Assembly: GCA_049521435.1 (NCBI GenBank) | Contig: JBEKOU010000010.1 | Span: 4,454 to 68,453 of the forward strand | Source of the DNA: Candidatus Dormibacteria bacterium | GTDB taxonomy: Bacteria > Chloroflexota > Dormibacteria > Aeolococcales > Aeolococcaceae | Reading direction: 5' to 3' | Length of the DNA stretch: 64,000 nt | In this document: piece after piece, positions 53,230 through 62,384 of the stretch | Layout of the letters: every line of letters begins with the position of its first letter | Numbering within the stretch: position 1 is the stretch's first letter | The notes under the pieces: model-generated | Seen by the model: the letters and a program-made list of their open reading frames with translations, nothing else | Told to the model about the DNA's origin: nothing | The model's database searches: none | Made by a program: the position numbers and the translations under genes

Positions 53230-54783
53230 CTACGGCGGGCCGTCCACGTAGTAGTGCCGTCTCCACCGGATGTAGAGCCCCGCCGCGAGCAGCACCAATG
53301 CCAGCTCGAAGACGAGCGGCGTCGGGAAGTGGAACGCGGCGCCCACCACTTGCCCGATCAGGGGTCCCTTGGGCGCGGGGGTGGGCGTCGGCCTTGACCC
53401 GGAGGACTGGCCGGCCGGTGTCGGGGTGCCGGTACCCGATGCGGGCAGGGTGGCGGCGATGCCGGCCGATGCGGTGGTGAGCACCGGCGGCGACGGTGCG
53501 GCGGTGTCCACCTCGCGGTAGATGGCGGCGTCGCCCTGGTACGGGTCGAGCGCGGCGATCACGGTCGCGTACGGCTGACCGGGAGCCACCGCGATGCTCT
53601 CCACCTCCTGGCGTGCCGGCTCGCCGGAGCTGTGATTGGTCGGCAGTCCCTGATTGGCGGCGGTGAAGCTCTGGCCGGCGTCGGTGGAGCGGAAGAGGCC
53701 GCCCCCGCTGCTCCCACCGGCGTCGGCTCCGGCGTAGACGAGGTTGGGGTCGAGCGGACTGAAGCTGGCGTCGGTGAGGTAGGTGTTCTGGGGGATACCG
53801 GTGCTGGCGGTCCAGGATGTGCCGCCGTTCCCGGAGCGGTATGTCCCCTTGACCGTGGTGACCAGGACGGGGTTGGTCGTGACCGTCAGGGACGTCGGTC
53901 CCATGCTGATCGAGTTCACGACGTCCCCGGACGGAAGCCCGGAGCTGATCGTCTCCCACTGCCCGTCGGTGGGATTGCGCCGGAAGAGGCAGGTCGACCC
54001 GGGCGCCGCGGAGCAGGGCGATCCGGTCGTCGCATAGTCGACCCCGGCGAAGAACACCGGCCCCGACGGTCCGGCGATCCCCGCCAGGGCGCTGATGCTG
54101 TCGCCGGTCAGTCCGCCCGAGTACCAGGTCACGCCTGTGGCGGAGAGGGCAACCCCGTCGTCGGTGCCGGCGGCCAGCCCGTCGGTGGTCACAGCGATGT
54201 CCCTCACGTCAAGGTTCGGCAGGCCGGCGGAGTCGTTCGACCAGGAGGTGCCGCTGTCGAGCGACACCCGCGTGCCGGAGTCGGCGAGACCGGCGTAGAT
54301 GGCCACCCCCTGGCCCGGCTGGTCACCGAAGGCGACGGTCCAGGCCCGTGAGCCGCGGAGCCCGGAGGATGTCCACGTGTTACCCCCGTCCGCGCTGACG
54401 TAGACGCCGTTGTCGGTTGCGGCGGCGGCGAGCAGCGGGTTCTGAGGAGCGAAGGCGACCTGCCAGATCTCCCCGCTCCCGAGCCCCGGAAGGCTCCCTG
54501 AGGGCGCCCAGCCAGCCGCGCCGGCGGCCGCGGGGAGCAGGCCGGTGACGAGGAGCGCGGCGGCGGCTCCGGCCGCCAGCGGTGCCGCGAGCCGTTTCGG
54601 CCGCAGCCGGTGGCGGGGGAGGTTCAGGTTCCTGATGGCGGTGGCGATCCGAATGGTTCCAAGGGCGGGCGAGACGTGAACTGGCGCAGGGAGCATCCCC
54701 GCCCGGGCCGGCGGCGACGGCCGGCGAGCCGGGCCAGGATAACTCAGACCTGGATCGGCGAGTTGCCGCTCGCTACCCGCCAA
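53230..54783 (-). CDS. Secreted BNR/Asp-box beta-propeller protein with a C-terminal TM anchor
   Basis: Asp-box repeats SADGGNTW, SLDSGTSW, SGNGGTSW and STDAGQSF. Signal-like AAPLAAGAAAALLVTGLLPAAAGAA. C-terminal TM LVFELALVLLAAGLYIRW. Start uncertain. Confidence 0.65.
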   Translation of the reverse strand: MAGSERQLADPGLSYPGPARRPSPPARAGMLPAPVHVSPALGTIRIATAIRNLNLPRHRLRPKRLAAPLAAGAAAALLVTGLLPAAAGAAGWAPSGSLPGLGSGEIWQVAFAPQNPLLAAAATDNGVYVSADGGNTWTSSGLRGSRAWTVAFGDQPGQGVAIYAGLADSGTRVSLDSGTSWSNDSAGLPNLDVRDIAVTTDGLAAGTDDGVALSATGVTWYSGGLTGDSISALAGIAGPSGPVFFAGVDYATTGSPCSAAPGSTCLFRRNPTDGQWETISSGLPSGDVVNSISMGPTSLTVTTNPVLVTTVKGTYRSGNGGTSWTASTGIPQNTYLTDASFSPLDPNLVYAGADAGGSSGGGLFRSTDAGQSFTAANQGLPTNHSSGEPARQEVESIAVAPGQPYATVIAALDPYQGDAAIYREVDTAAPSPPVLTTASAGIAATLPASGTGTPTPAGQSSGSRPTPTPAPKGPLIGQVVGAAFHFPTPLVFELALVLLAAGLYIRWRRHYYVDGPP

Positions 54784-54789
54784 ACCAGG

Positions 54790-56073
54790 TCAGACCATGG
54801 AGCGTCGGACCAGGGTGTGCTCCCGGTCCGGACCGACGGAGACCACGTCCACCGGGGCGCCGGCCAGCTCGCCGAGGCGCTCGATGTACGTCTGGCAGGC
54901 GGCGGGCAGGTCCGCGAACCGCCGGCAGTCTTTGGTGGAGGTCAGCCAGCCCGGCATCTCCTCGTACACGGGCTCTGCGTGCTTGAGATGGGAGATGTTG
55001 GACATCGGGTGGTCCCAGTGCTCCCCCTTGCTCATGTAACCGGTCGCGATCCGGAGGGTCTCGATCTGGTCGAGGACATCCACCTTGGTGATCGCCATCG
55101 AGTCGATGCCGCTGGTGTTGACCGAATATCGGGCCACCGCGGCGTCGAACCAGCCCACCCGACGGGCCCTCCCGGTGACGGTGCCGAACTCGCTCCCGAC
55201 CTCGCGGATGAGCTCGCCCAAGGTCCCCTCCAGCTCGGTGGGGAAGGGGCCGTAGCCGACCCGGGTGGTGTAGGCCTTGAAGACGCCGATCGTCCGGGTG
55301 ACCTTGGAGGGTGGGATGCCGCTCCCCGTGAGCGCCCCTCCCGCCGTCGGCGCCGAGGAGGTGACGTAGGGATAGGTGCCCAGGTCCAGGTCGAGCATCG
55401 CCCCCTGGGCGCCCTCGCAGAGGATCCGTCGATCCTCGCGGAGCGCCTCCTGGATGATCGGGTAGATGTCGCGGATGCGCGACCCCAGGCGCTCGGCGTA
55501 CTCCAGGTACTCGTCGAGGATCGCCCCCTCGTCGAACGGCTCGTGACCGTAGAGGCGGGTCAGCGATTCGTTCTTGAGCCGGAGGACGAAGCGCAGCTTC
55601 TTCTCGAGGAACACCGGCTTGGTGAGGTCACCGATGCGGAAGCCGACCCGGCGCACCTTGTCCTCGTAGGCGGGGCCGATGCCCCGGTGGGTGGTGCCGA
55701 GGCGGTCGTCGCCGCGCTGCTGCTCGCCCAGCCGGTCGAAGACGGGGTGGTACGGCATCACCATGTGGGCCCGGTCGCTGATCACCAGCCTGTCGGTGTT
55801 GACCCCGTGCGCGTGCAGCTCGTCCAGCTCGGCGAGGAACGACTTGGGGTTGACCACCATCCCGTGGCCGATGACGCAGGTGGTGGTCGGCGAGAGGATG
55901 CCGCTCGGGATCAGCCGGAACTTGAAGGTCTGGCCGTCCACGACCACGGTGTGACCGGCGTTGTCGCCACCCTGGGAGCGCACGACCATGTCGACGGAGC
56001 CGGCGAGAAGGTCGATGATCTTCCCCTTGCCCTCGTCGCCCCACTGGCCGCCGATGAGGATGGTGACGCTGAT
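54790..56073 (-). CDS. purA: Adenylosuccinate synthase
   Basis: The track ORF (ATG 55989) lacks the P-loop. The in-frame upstream codons encode ISVTILIGGQWGDEGKGKIIDLLAGSVD directly after a TAG stop (56077-56079). ATC 56073 lies 8 nt after AGGAGA and is the only plausible start. Confidence 0.85.
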   Translation of the reverse strand: MSVTILIGGQWGDEGKGKIIDLLAGSVDMVVRSQGGDNAGHTVVVDGQTFKFRLIPSGILSPTTTCVIGHGMVVNPKSFLAELDELHAHGVNTDRLVISDRAHMVMPYHPVFDRLGEQQRGDDRLGTTHRGIGPAYEDKVRRVGFRIGDLTKPVFLEKKLRFVLRLKNESLTRLYGHEPFDEGAILDEYLEYAERLGSRIRDIYPIIQEALREDRRILCEGAQGAMLDLDLGTYPYVTSSAPTAGGALTGSGIPPSKVTRTIGVFKAYTTRVGYGPFPTELEGTLGELIREVGSEFGTVTGRARRVGWFDAAVARYSVNTSGIDSMAITKVDVLDQIETLRIATGYMSKGEHWDHPMSNISHLKHAEPVYEEMPGWLTSTKDCRRFADLPAACQTYIERLGELAGAPVDVVSVGPDREHTLVRRSMV

Positions 56074-56201
56074 GACCTAGGTCTCCTGGAATTGCGAGCG
56101 AGCACGCGCAGCGTATCCGGTCGCGCCCCTGCCGGGGACGCCAGCCCGATGTCCCGCAGTCCTCCCCTCTCTGGGATGCCCGGCGGACCCTCTCCCGTCG
56201 G

Positions 56202-56684
56202 TTACTGGAGAAGGCTGCGCAGCATCCAGGCGTTCTTCTCGTGGATCTGCATCCGGCGCGTCAGCAGATCCAGGGTGGACTGGTCGCGGGCGGACTCGGC
56301 GACCGGAAAGACCTCGCGCGCGATGCGGACCACCGTCTCCTGGTCCTGCTCGAGCCGCCGAATCATCGCCTGGGCGTCCGGGGTGTCGGTGTCCTCGGAG
56401 ATCGTCGCGAGGGTCGAGAACTCACGGTACGAGGCGGGGGCGCGGACGCCCAGCGCACGGACCCTCTCCGCGATCTCATCCACGGCCAGGGCGAGCTCCA
56501 TGTATTCGGTCTCGAACATCAGGTGCAGGGACGAGAACATGGGCCCGGTCACGTTCCAGTGGTAGTTGTGGGTCTTCAGATAGAGGGTGTAGGTGTCGGC
56601 GAGCAGCCGCGACAGACCCTGCGCCACCGCCAACCGCTCGTCGGCGGGGATCCCCATCTCGATGTCGGCGTCGGCGGTGACCAT
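56202..56684 (-). CDS. dps: Dps (DNA protection during starvation) ferritin-like protein
   Basis: LADTYTLYLKTHNYHWNVTGPMFSSLHLMFE and EIAERVRALG. GGAGG lies 8 nt upstream of ATG 56684. The rest of the 793-aa track ORF is rejected. Confidence 0.85.
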   Translation of the reverse strand: MVTADADIEMGIPADERLAVAQGLSRLLADTYTLYLKTHNYHWNVTGPMFSSLHLMFETEYMELALAVDEIAERVRALGVRAPASYREFSTLATISEDTDTPDAQAMIRRLEQDQETVVRIAREVFPVAESARDQSTLDLLTRRMQIHEKNAWMLRSLLQ

Positions 56685-56806
56685 GACCAATCCCTCCTGA
56701 GCGCGAGCGCGCTGCGTCCTCTCATGATGTCCCTCGGGCCCCGGTCCGACAGTGCCGGACGCCATCGGACCCGGGCGGGCGTTCGGACCGCGCGCCCCCA
56801 TGGGGC

Positions 56807-57790
56807 TCAGTCGCGGAGCCAGAGCTGGAGCGGGTCGTCTCCGGGGTGGAAGCCGGCGGCCTCGGCGATCGCCGCCGCGTCGGAGAGCCCGGCGCCCAGG
56901 TCCTCGGGACGGTGGGCGTCGCTGCCGAAGCTGATCGCCTCGCCGCCCACCTCGTGCCACCAGCGGAGCGGGAGGGGGCCCGGGCAGGGGCCTCGCGGCG
57001 GCCCCATGGCGCGGCTGCTGTTGACCTCGAGCGCGCGACCGCTGCGGGCCAGCGCGACCAGGACGGCTCGGTACTCCTCCTGGAAGTCCCGCTCGTCGAA
57101 CCTGAGGGTGGCGTGCGGCCAGTACCGCTTGGGATAGTCGATGTGGGCGAGGATGGCGAAGGGAGCTGAGCTCTTCGCCAGCTCGCAGGTGGCGACCAGG
57201 TAGCGGCGGAATCGGGAGGCCGCATGCTCCGGCGAGAGCAGCTCGGGAACGCTCATGTCGACCAGCTCGCCCTCCAGGTCGATGCAGTGCATCGACCCGA
57301 GGATGCGGTCGAGCGGGCGGTGACTGAGCAGCCGCGCCACCTGGTCGGGGAAGAGGTTGGGCTCGCCCAGCTCGGCACCGGACTCGATGCGCAGGCCCGG
57401 GTACGCCGCCCGGCACCGGTCGATCGCCTCCCAGTAGCCGGTGATGTCCAGGTCGCCGCTCCGGGTGGGGCTGACGGGCGTCCGCACCGGCCACCGATGC
57501 CCGGGAATGTGCCCCTGCGACCAGTCCCAGCGGCTGGGAGCGGCCGGCCTCCCCGCCGAACCGGGGTCCTTCCGGGATCCCGCCCCAGCGGAGGCGTCCT
57601 CGCCGGCAGCGCACGGCACCCAGGCGTTGAAGTCGGCGTGCTCGGTGAAGGCGACCGCGGGGAGGCCCAGCTCGACCGCGCGGGCGCACGTGGCCGTCAT
57701 CTCGCCGTGCGCCGCATCCCACGACCACTCGCTGTGGACGTGGCGGTCGGGCACCGGTGTGGGATCGGGCACGGCTCGCAATCCTGTCAT
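56807..57790 (-). CDS. PHP-family histidinol-phosphatase-like (HisJ-type) protein
   Basis: DRHVHSEWSWDA, AFTEHADF, LGSMHCI, LAHIDYP and SFGSDAH metal-ligand motifs. Confidence 0.7.
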   Translation of the reverse strand: MTGLRAVPDPTPVPDRHVHSEWSWDAAHGEMTATCARAVELGLPAVAFTEHADFNAWVPCAAGEDASAGAGSRKDPGSAGRPAAPSRWDWSQGHIPGHRWPVRTPVSPTRSGDLDITGYWEAIDRCRAAYPGLRIESGAELGEPNLFPDQVARLLSHRPLDRILGSMHCIDLEGELVDMSVPELLSPEHAASRFRRYLVATCELAKSSAPFAILAHIDYPKRYWPHATLRFDERDFQEEYRAVLVALARSGRALEVNSSRAMGPPRGPCPGPLPLRWWHEVGGEAISFGSDAHRPEDLGAGLSDAAAIAEAAGFHPGDDPLQLWLRD

Positions 57791-57834
57791 TTCCGGCGCA
57801 TGCCGGCGCGCCGGGCTGCGCTACCGTCCCCCTC

Positions 57835-58557
57835 GTGAGTCCGGAGCAGCTCGCCGCCCTGGCCCAGCGCGCGCCCGCCCGCCCAGGCGCCGGGGCGGTG
57901 AGGGTCGCCGAGGTCTCAGCCGAAGGCGGCATCGACGAGCTTCCCGAGCTGCCCCTCCACCTCGCCGGCGAGCCGGGCACGGTTGCCGTCCAGCTCCGCA
58001 CCACGGTGCGCAGGGTGGCCGTCGGCGCCGGGCTGGCCCGCAAGCCCGATCTCCTGGCGGCCGTCCGAGCCCTCCCCGGGCTGCCCGGCCTGGCCACCAG
58101 CCCGGCCGGGGGCACCTTCGTCATCGGTGGCCCGGGATGGTTGGGCCTCTGCGCGGTCGGGGTGCCCCCTCCTGAGCGGGGGATGCCCCTCGACTGGATG
58201 AATGATTCGCTCAGCGCCTGGTTCCGTACCGCCCTCGCCGGCTTCGGCCTGCACGCTGCCAGCGGCCGCATCGCGGGCGGCTGGTGCCCAGGCTTCAGCG
58301 ACGTGGCCGTGGACGGGCGCAAGCTGATCGGCCTGGGGTACAAGGTCACCCGCGACTGGGTGGTGATGCGCGGGATGATGGCGGTCGCGCCCATCGCGGA
58401 GGACGACATGGACCTCCTCATCGCCTGCCACCGCCTGATCGGCGTCGAGGTCCTGCCCGCGGCCAACACCTCGCTGGCCGAGGCCGCCGGGAGGCCCGAC
58501 CTCGGGGTCGCCGAGGTCATCGAGCGGTGGCGAGTTGTCCACAGCGCCGCCGGCTGA
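57835..58557 (+). CDS. Biotin/lipoate A/B protein ligase family (LplA/LipB-like) protein
   Basis: CPGFSDVAVDGRKLIGLGYKV resembles the catalytic-Lys region (GRKIxGxAQ). Weak call; start GTG 57835 is uncertain. Confidence 0.45.
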   Translation: MSPEQLAALAQRAPARPGAGAVRVAEVSAEGGIDELPELPLHLAGEPGTVAVQLRTTVRRVAVGAGLARKPDLLAAVRALPGLPGLATSPAGGTFVIGGPGWLGLCAVGVPPPERGMPLDWMNDSLSAWFRTALAGFGLHAASGRIAGGWCPGFSDVAVDGRKLIGLGYKVTRDWVVMRGMMAVAPIAEDDMDLLIACHRLIGVEVLPAANTSLAEAAGRPDLGVAEVIERWRVVHSAAG

Positions 58558-59422
58558 CCCCGGCGCCGCCGCCGCGCCGGCACGGCCGCGCGCCGCCTGG
58601 GGGCCGCTCGTCCCCCTCCTGATCGCCGCCGTGGCCCTCGGAGTGGTGGTGCTGGCGCCGAACCTCTACAGCGATCCCAACGGCCTCGACCCCTACACCC
58701 TTCGCACCAGCGGCGTCGCCCTGGGGTTGCTCGCCGTCTCCCTGGTCGTGCCCAGCCTGGCCCGCGCCCGCCTGGTCCTGGTCAGCCTGGTCGCGATCAC
58801 CCTCGGCTGGTCGGCGTTTCTCGGGGCACCCGCCCTGCTCGGCGACGCCGGGGTCCAGCAATCCGGCGACCAGGCCAACCTCAACGCCTCGGTGGCCTGG
58901 TTCGCGGTGACCGCGGTCATCCTCGGCCTGGTCTGGCTGGTGCTCCGCCGCGACCATCCCCGTCTCCGGCTGCTCCACCTCGGCTGGGGCGCGGTGGCCT
59001 GCGCGGTGGCCGGCATCGTGCTCTTCTTCCTGGTGTTCCTGGCGATTCCGGCCTCCCTGCTCGGGCGCGAGGGGCTGCCGCTCGTCGCCGTGCTCCGCGA
59101 CGCCCCCTGGCTGGTCCCCGCCAACATGCTCCAGGGCGCGGCGCAGGAGCTCCAGTTTCGCGGGCTGCTGCTCGGCAGCCTGGAGCGGCTCACCTCACCT
59201 CTCGTCGCCAACGCCTGCCAGTCGGTCGTCTTCGGACTCGCCCACCTGGCCATCGTCTACCAGGGGCCGATCGCCCCCTTCGTCCCCCTGACCATGCTGC
59301 TCGGCTTCGTGCTGGGCTGGGTCACCCAGAGGACCGGCTCGATCTGGCCCGCGATCGTGGTCCATGGGGTCGCCGACGTCGTGGTGACCCTCGCCGTCCT
59401 CCCCGGCCTCTACGGCTTCTGA
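58535..59422 (+). CDS. CPBP (CAAX/Abi) family intramembrane glutamic endopeptidase
   Basis: Motifs AAQELQFRG, VVFGLAHL and VVHGVADV in a polytopic protein. Confidence 0.75.
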   Translation: MSTAPPADPGAAAAPARPRAAWGPLVPLLIAAVALGVVVLAPNLYSDPNGLDPYTLRTSGVALGLLAVSLVVPSLARARLVLVSLVAITLGWSAFLGAPALLGDAGVQQSGDQANLNASVAWFAVTAVILGLVWLVLRRDHPRLRLLHLGWGAVACAVAGIVLFFLVFLAIPASLLGREGLPLVAVLRDAPWLVPANMLQGAAQELQFRGLLLGSLERLTSPLVANACQSVVFGLAHLAIVYQGPIAPFVPLTMLLGFVLGWVTQRTGSIWPAIVVHGVADVVVTLAVLPGLYGF

Positions 59423-59428
59423 GCGCCT

Positions 59429-60511
59429 TCAGGCGCCCGCGGGCCCGGCCTCGGGGCGGACCACGGTGCCGGTGGCCGCGCTCTTGCGCGCCGCCTCGAC
59501 GACCGCCAGCACGTCCCAGCCGGCCTGGGCGGGGACGGGCACCGGCGCCTCGCCGCGGATCGCCGCCGCCACCCCGGCGTAGAAGTCGCCGTACCGACCG
59601 GCGGGAAGCGGGATCTCCTGCCCCGGTCCGGCCTCGCCTCCCCGCGTGAGCACGGCCCGCTGGCTCCCGTTCGGCAGACCGTAGCCGTCATCCCCGGGGC
59701 GTCCCCCGGCCACGATGTACGCCTCCTGGGGGTCGAGCCCCCAGACCTCGAGGGCCTCCCGGCTGCCCCACACCCGCCAGCGCGGCCCGATCGAGGGCGC
59801 GAGGGTGCTCATCCAGAGATGGGCCCGGGCGCCGCCCGCGAGCTCGAGGGCGAGGAAGCAGTCGTCATCGGCGACCGCCCCGGGCCGCGCCGCCGCGATC
59901 TCCGCGTACACGCCCTGCGGCCGCCCGAGGAGGACGTGCACCTGGTCGATGAGGTGAGCGCCGAGGTCGAGGAGCAGCCCGCCCCCCGCCTCGGAGGCGG
60001 TCTCCTCCCGCCAGGACTTGGTGTTGACCTCCGGACGGAAACGCTCGAAGCGGCTCTCGATGCGGAACAGGCCGCCCAGCCGATCGCTCGCAACCATCTC
60101 GCGGAGCAGCAGGAAGTCGCTGTCCCACCGCCGGTTCTGGAAGACGGCGAGCGGGCCGCCGGTGCGCGCGGCCGCCTCCAGCATCGCCTGCGCCTCCACC
60201 GTGCTGAGCGCCATCGGCTTGTCCACCACCGCCGCCAGCCCGAGGTCGAGGGCGGTGATCGCCTGGGTCGCGTGCAGGTGGTTGGGCGTGGCCACCACCA
60301 CCAGCCCGATCCCGGCGGTGCCGTTCCAGAGCTCGTCCGCGGTGGCGAGCAACCGGGCGTCGGGGAAGTCACGCTGCGCCCTCTGACGCCGCTCGGGGTT
60401 GCCGGTGACGATGGCGCGCACCTCGAGACCGGGGTCCGCGGCAACCAGCGGCGCGTGGAAGACCGACCCCGCCAGCCCGTACCCGATCACCGCGACGCCG
60501 ATCCGGTCCAT
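59429..60511 (-). CDS. Gfo/Idh/MocA family oxidoreductase
   Basis: N-terminal Rossmann fold IGVAVIGYGLAGSVFHAPL. VVDKPMA motif. Confidence 0.8.
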   Translation of the reverse strand: MDRIGVAVIGYGLAGSVFHAPLVAADPGLEVRAIVTGNPERRQRAQRDFPDARLLATADELWNGTAGIGLVVVATPNHLHATQAITALDLGLAAVVDKPMALSTVEAQAMLEAAARTGGPLAVFQNRRWDSDFLLLREMVASDRLGGLFRIESRFERFRPEVNTKSWREETASEAGGGLLLDLGAHLIDQVHVLLGRPQGVYAEIAAARPGAVADDDCFLALELAGGARAHLWMSTLAPSIGPRWRVWGSREALEVWGLDPQEAYIVAGGRPGDDGYGLPNGSQRAVLTRGGEAGPGQEIPLPAGRYGDFYAGVAAAIRGEAPVPVPAQAGWDVLAVVEAARKSAATGTVVRPEAGPAGA

Positions 60512-60680
60512 GGCAGGAGAGTCTGGCACGCCGCGCGCGAACCGGCACCACCGGGCGACGTGACCGGACGGTGCACCGAGCCGAGCTGATCGCCGCCGCA
60601 TCCCCCGATGGGGCGCCAATCCCACGGCGCGTGAACCGGTATGCTCGGTCCCTGCGCCCCTGACATGCGGAGACGGCCGG

Positions 60681-61331
60681 ATGAGCCAATCAGGCTACCC
60701 ACCCACGGATCCCGGATCCTCGGGAAACCCCGATCCCAGCCCGCCGTCCCCTCTGGGCGACCAGTCGAGCTGGTACACGCCCTGGACGCCGGATCCCAGC
60801 AGCACTCCGCCGATGGCCCCACCCCCCGGGAGCGAACCGGCCTCGGCCTACCCTCCGCCCGATCCCGCGACCCCCTGGGGCACGCCCGGCCCGGGCGCGG
60901 CCCCGCAGCCGGGGCCCTACGGGGCGCCGCCCGACGCCGCCGGCCCTCCACCGTCGCCGTTCGGCGTGCCTCCGACGGCCGCCGGCGCCCCCGGTCAGCC
61001 GGGCTTCGGCCCGGCGCCCTACGGGCAGAGCCCCTACGGACCGGGGCCCTACGGACCGGGCCCCGGGTACCCCGGCATGGGCTATCCCATGATGGGGATG
61101 AGGGGTCGCATGCGGCCCATGGGTGGGGCGTACCTCCGCCGCCGGGCCATCAGCCACATCAGCGGGGGCGCCATCTTCCTGATCATCGGCATCATCGTCA
61201 CGGTGGCCAGCTACGGCGCCGTCTCCAACACCGGGGGCGTCTATTTCGTTCCCTTCGGCCTGATCATCCTCGGGGTGCTCTGGTTGATCCGGGGGCTGGC
61301 GCTGCTCGTCCGCTCGTCGAGGTTGCCCTGA
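60681..61331 (+). CDS. Pro/Gly/Tyr-rich low-complexity protein with a C-terminal 2-TM domain
   Basis: About 150 aa of P/G-rich sequence (GPYGAPP, QSPYGPGPYGPGPGYPGMGYP), then two TM helices. GGAGA lies 6 nt upstream of the ATG. Confidence 0.55.
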   Translation: MSQSGYPPTDPGSSGNPDPSPPSPLGDQSSWYTPWTPDPSSTPPMAPPPGSEPASAYPPPDPATPWGTPGPGAAPQPGPYGAPPDAAGPPPSPFGVPPTAAGAPGQPGFGPAPYGQSPYGPGPYGPGPGYPGMGYPMMGMRGRMRPMGGAYLRRRAISHISGGAIFLIIGIIVTVASYGAVSNTGGVYFVPFGLIILGVLWLIRGLALLVRSSRLP

Positions 61332-61338
61332 GCGACCG

Positions 61339-62256
61339 GTGAGGACGGGCGTCGCGCCGACCCCCCGTCGCATGGCGCGGGGCGCCCGGTTGCTCGTCGC
61401 CGTATCCCTCGCGGGGACGGCCCTGGTGTCTGCTGCGACCGCCCCCGCGCAGGCGGCCGGTCCCTGGTGGCGGCTGGTGGCGTTCTCGGGAGAGAACGTC
61501 TCGCGCGTGGCCGTGGTCCAGGGCCGGATCACGGCCCTGGTGGGGGGCGAGTCGATGGTCCAGACGGCCGGCGGCTTCGTGGCGGCGGAGGCGCCTCCGC
61601 CCGCGGCGCCGCCGGCGGTCACCACCGGCTCGCGCACCTGGTCCATCGATGCCGCCGGAGAGGTGCTCGTGAGCGAGGCCGGCGCGGTCCCTCGCCGCGA
61701 CCCGGGCAGCCCCGGGCTCGGGCCGGGAGCTCACCTCATCGCCGCCCCGCTGGCCGTGCCCGGCTTCGTGGTCGCCGTCAGCACCGGGGGGACGGTGTGG
61801 CGGCGGGCCCCGGGGGGCGGCTGGGCGGTCTCGCTGGCGCTGCTCCCGGCGACGCTCATCACCGGTACCCCGGCGGTGACCTCGATCGCCGGCTTCAACA
61901 CCGACGCCGTGAGCGGTGTCGTCTACATCGGGACCGCCGGTTACGGGACCCTGCTCACCTCGGACGACGGCGACGACTGGGTGCGCGCCGACCCCGGACT
62001 CCCCGACGACGTGCTCAGCCTCACCGCGGACCCCTCGAGCGTGGCTCCGGCCATCTGGGCGGGCACCAGTGAGGGGCTCTACGTCCACCAGCTCCAGGCG
62101 GTTCCGCGCATCCCCAACTACTCAGGGGGCAGCCTGACCGGCAAGTGGCTCATCACCATCGCGCTCTGCATCGGGGTGATCGTGCTGGCCGGCCTGGCAC
62201 TCATCGTCTGGTCGCGCCGCCGGGCTCGGACCGAAGGTCACAGATCCCCTACATAA
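61339..62256 (+). CDS. Secreted, C-terminally TM-anchored protein with a degenerate Asp-box
   Basis: Signal peptide ARLLVAVSLAGTALVSAATAPAQAA. TSDDGDDW is an Asp-box-like element. C-terminal TM WLITIALCIGVIVLAGLALIVW. Confidence 0.55.
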   Translation: MRTGVAPTPRRMARGARLLVAVSLAGTALVSAATAPAQAAGPWWRLVAFSGENVSRVAVVQGRITALVGGESMVQTAGGFVAAEAPPPAAPPAVTTGSRTWSIDAAGEVLVSEAGAVPRRDPGSPGLGPGAHLIAAPLAVPGFVVAVSTGGTVWRRAPGGGWAVSLALLPATLITGTPAVTSIAGFNTDAVSGVVYIGTAGYGTLLTSDDGDDWVRADPGLPDDVLSLTADPSSVAPAIWAGTSEGLYVHQLQAVPRIPNYSGGSLTGKWLITIALCIGVIVLAGLALIVWSRRRARTEGHRSPT

Positions 62257-62384
62257 CCTCAATCTTGCTTGGCAAGAATGGTACAGTTCATGTAGGATAT
62301 GACCTCGGCCACCACCCCCCCCGATCCTTCTTCCCAACCTGAGCCCCTTCCGACGGCGTTGGGGCGACCTCGGAGGCTCCGCCC

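Noticed and set aside
51639-53480. 613-aa plus-strand ORF
   Set aside because: It is antisense to the membrane protein, the acyltransferase (HX4D motif) and the start of the BNR protein. Its product is low-complexity and Arg/Pro/Ser-rich.
54610-56565. 651-aa plus-strand ORF
   Set aside because: It is antisense to purA and dps.
56685-58583. N-terminal ~630 aa of the 793-aa track ORF that ends as Dps
   Set aside because: Only the last 160 aa are Dps, and they have their own GGAGG-ATG start at 56684. The upstream part is Arg/Pro/Ala-rich and overlaps the PHP phosphatase and LplA-like genes, which have real motifs.
62263-62277. TCTTGC-ttg-GCAAGA inverted repeat after the 61339-62256 gene, as a terminator or operator
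   Set aside because: The stem is only 6 bp with a 3-nt loop and there is no U-tract. It cannot be distinguished from chance in an AT-richer promoter region.
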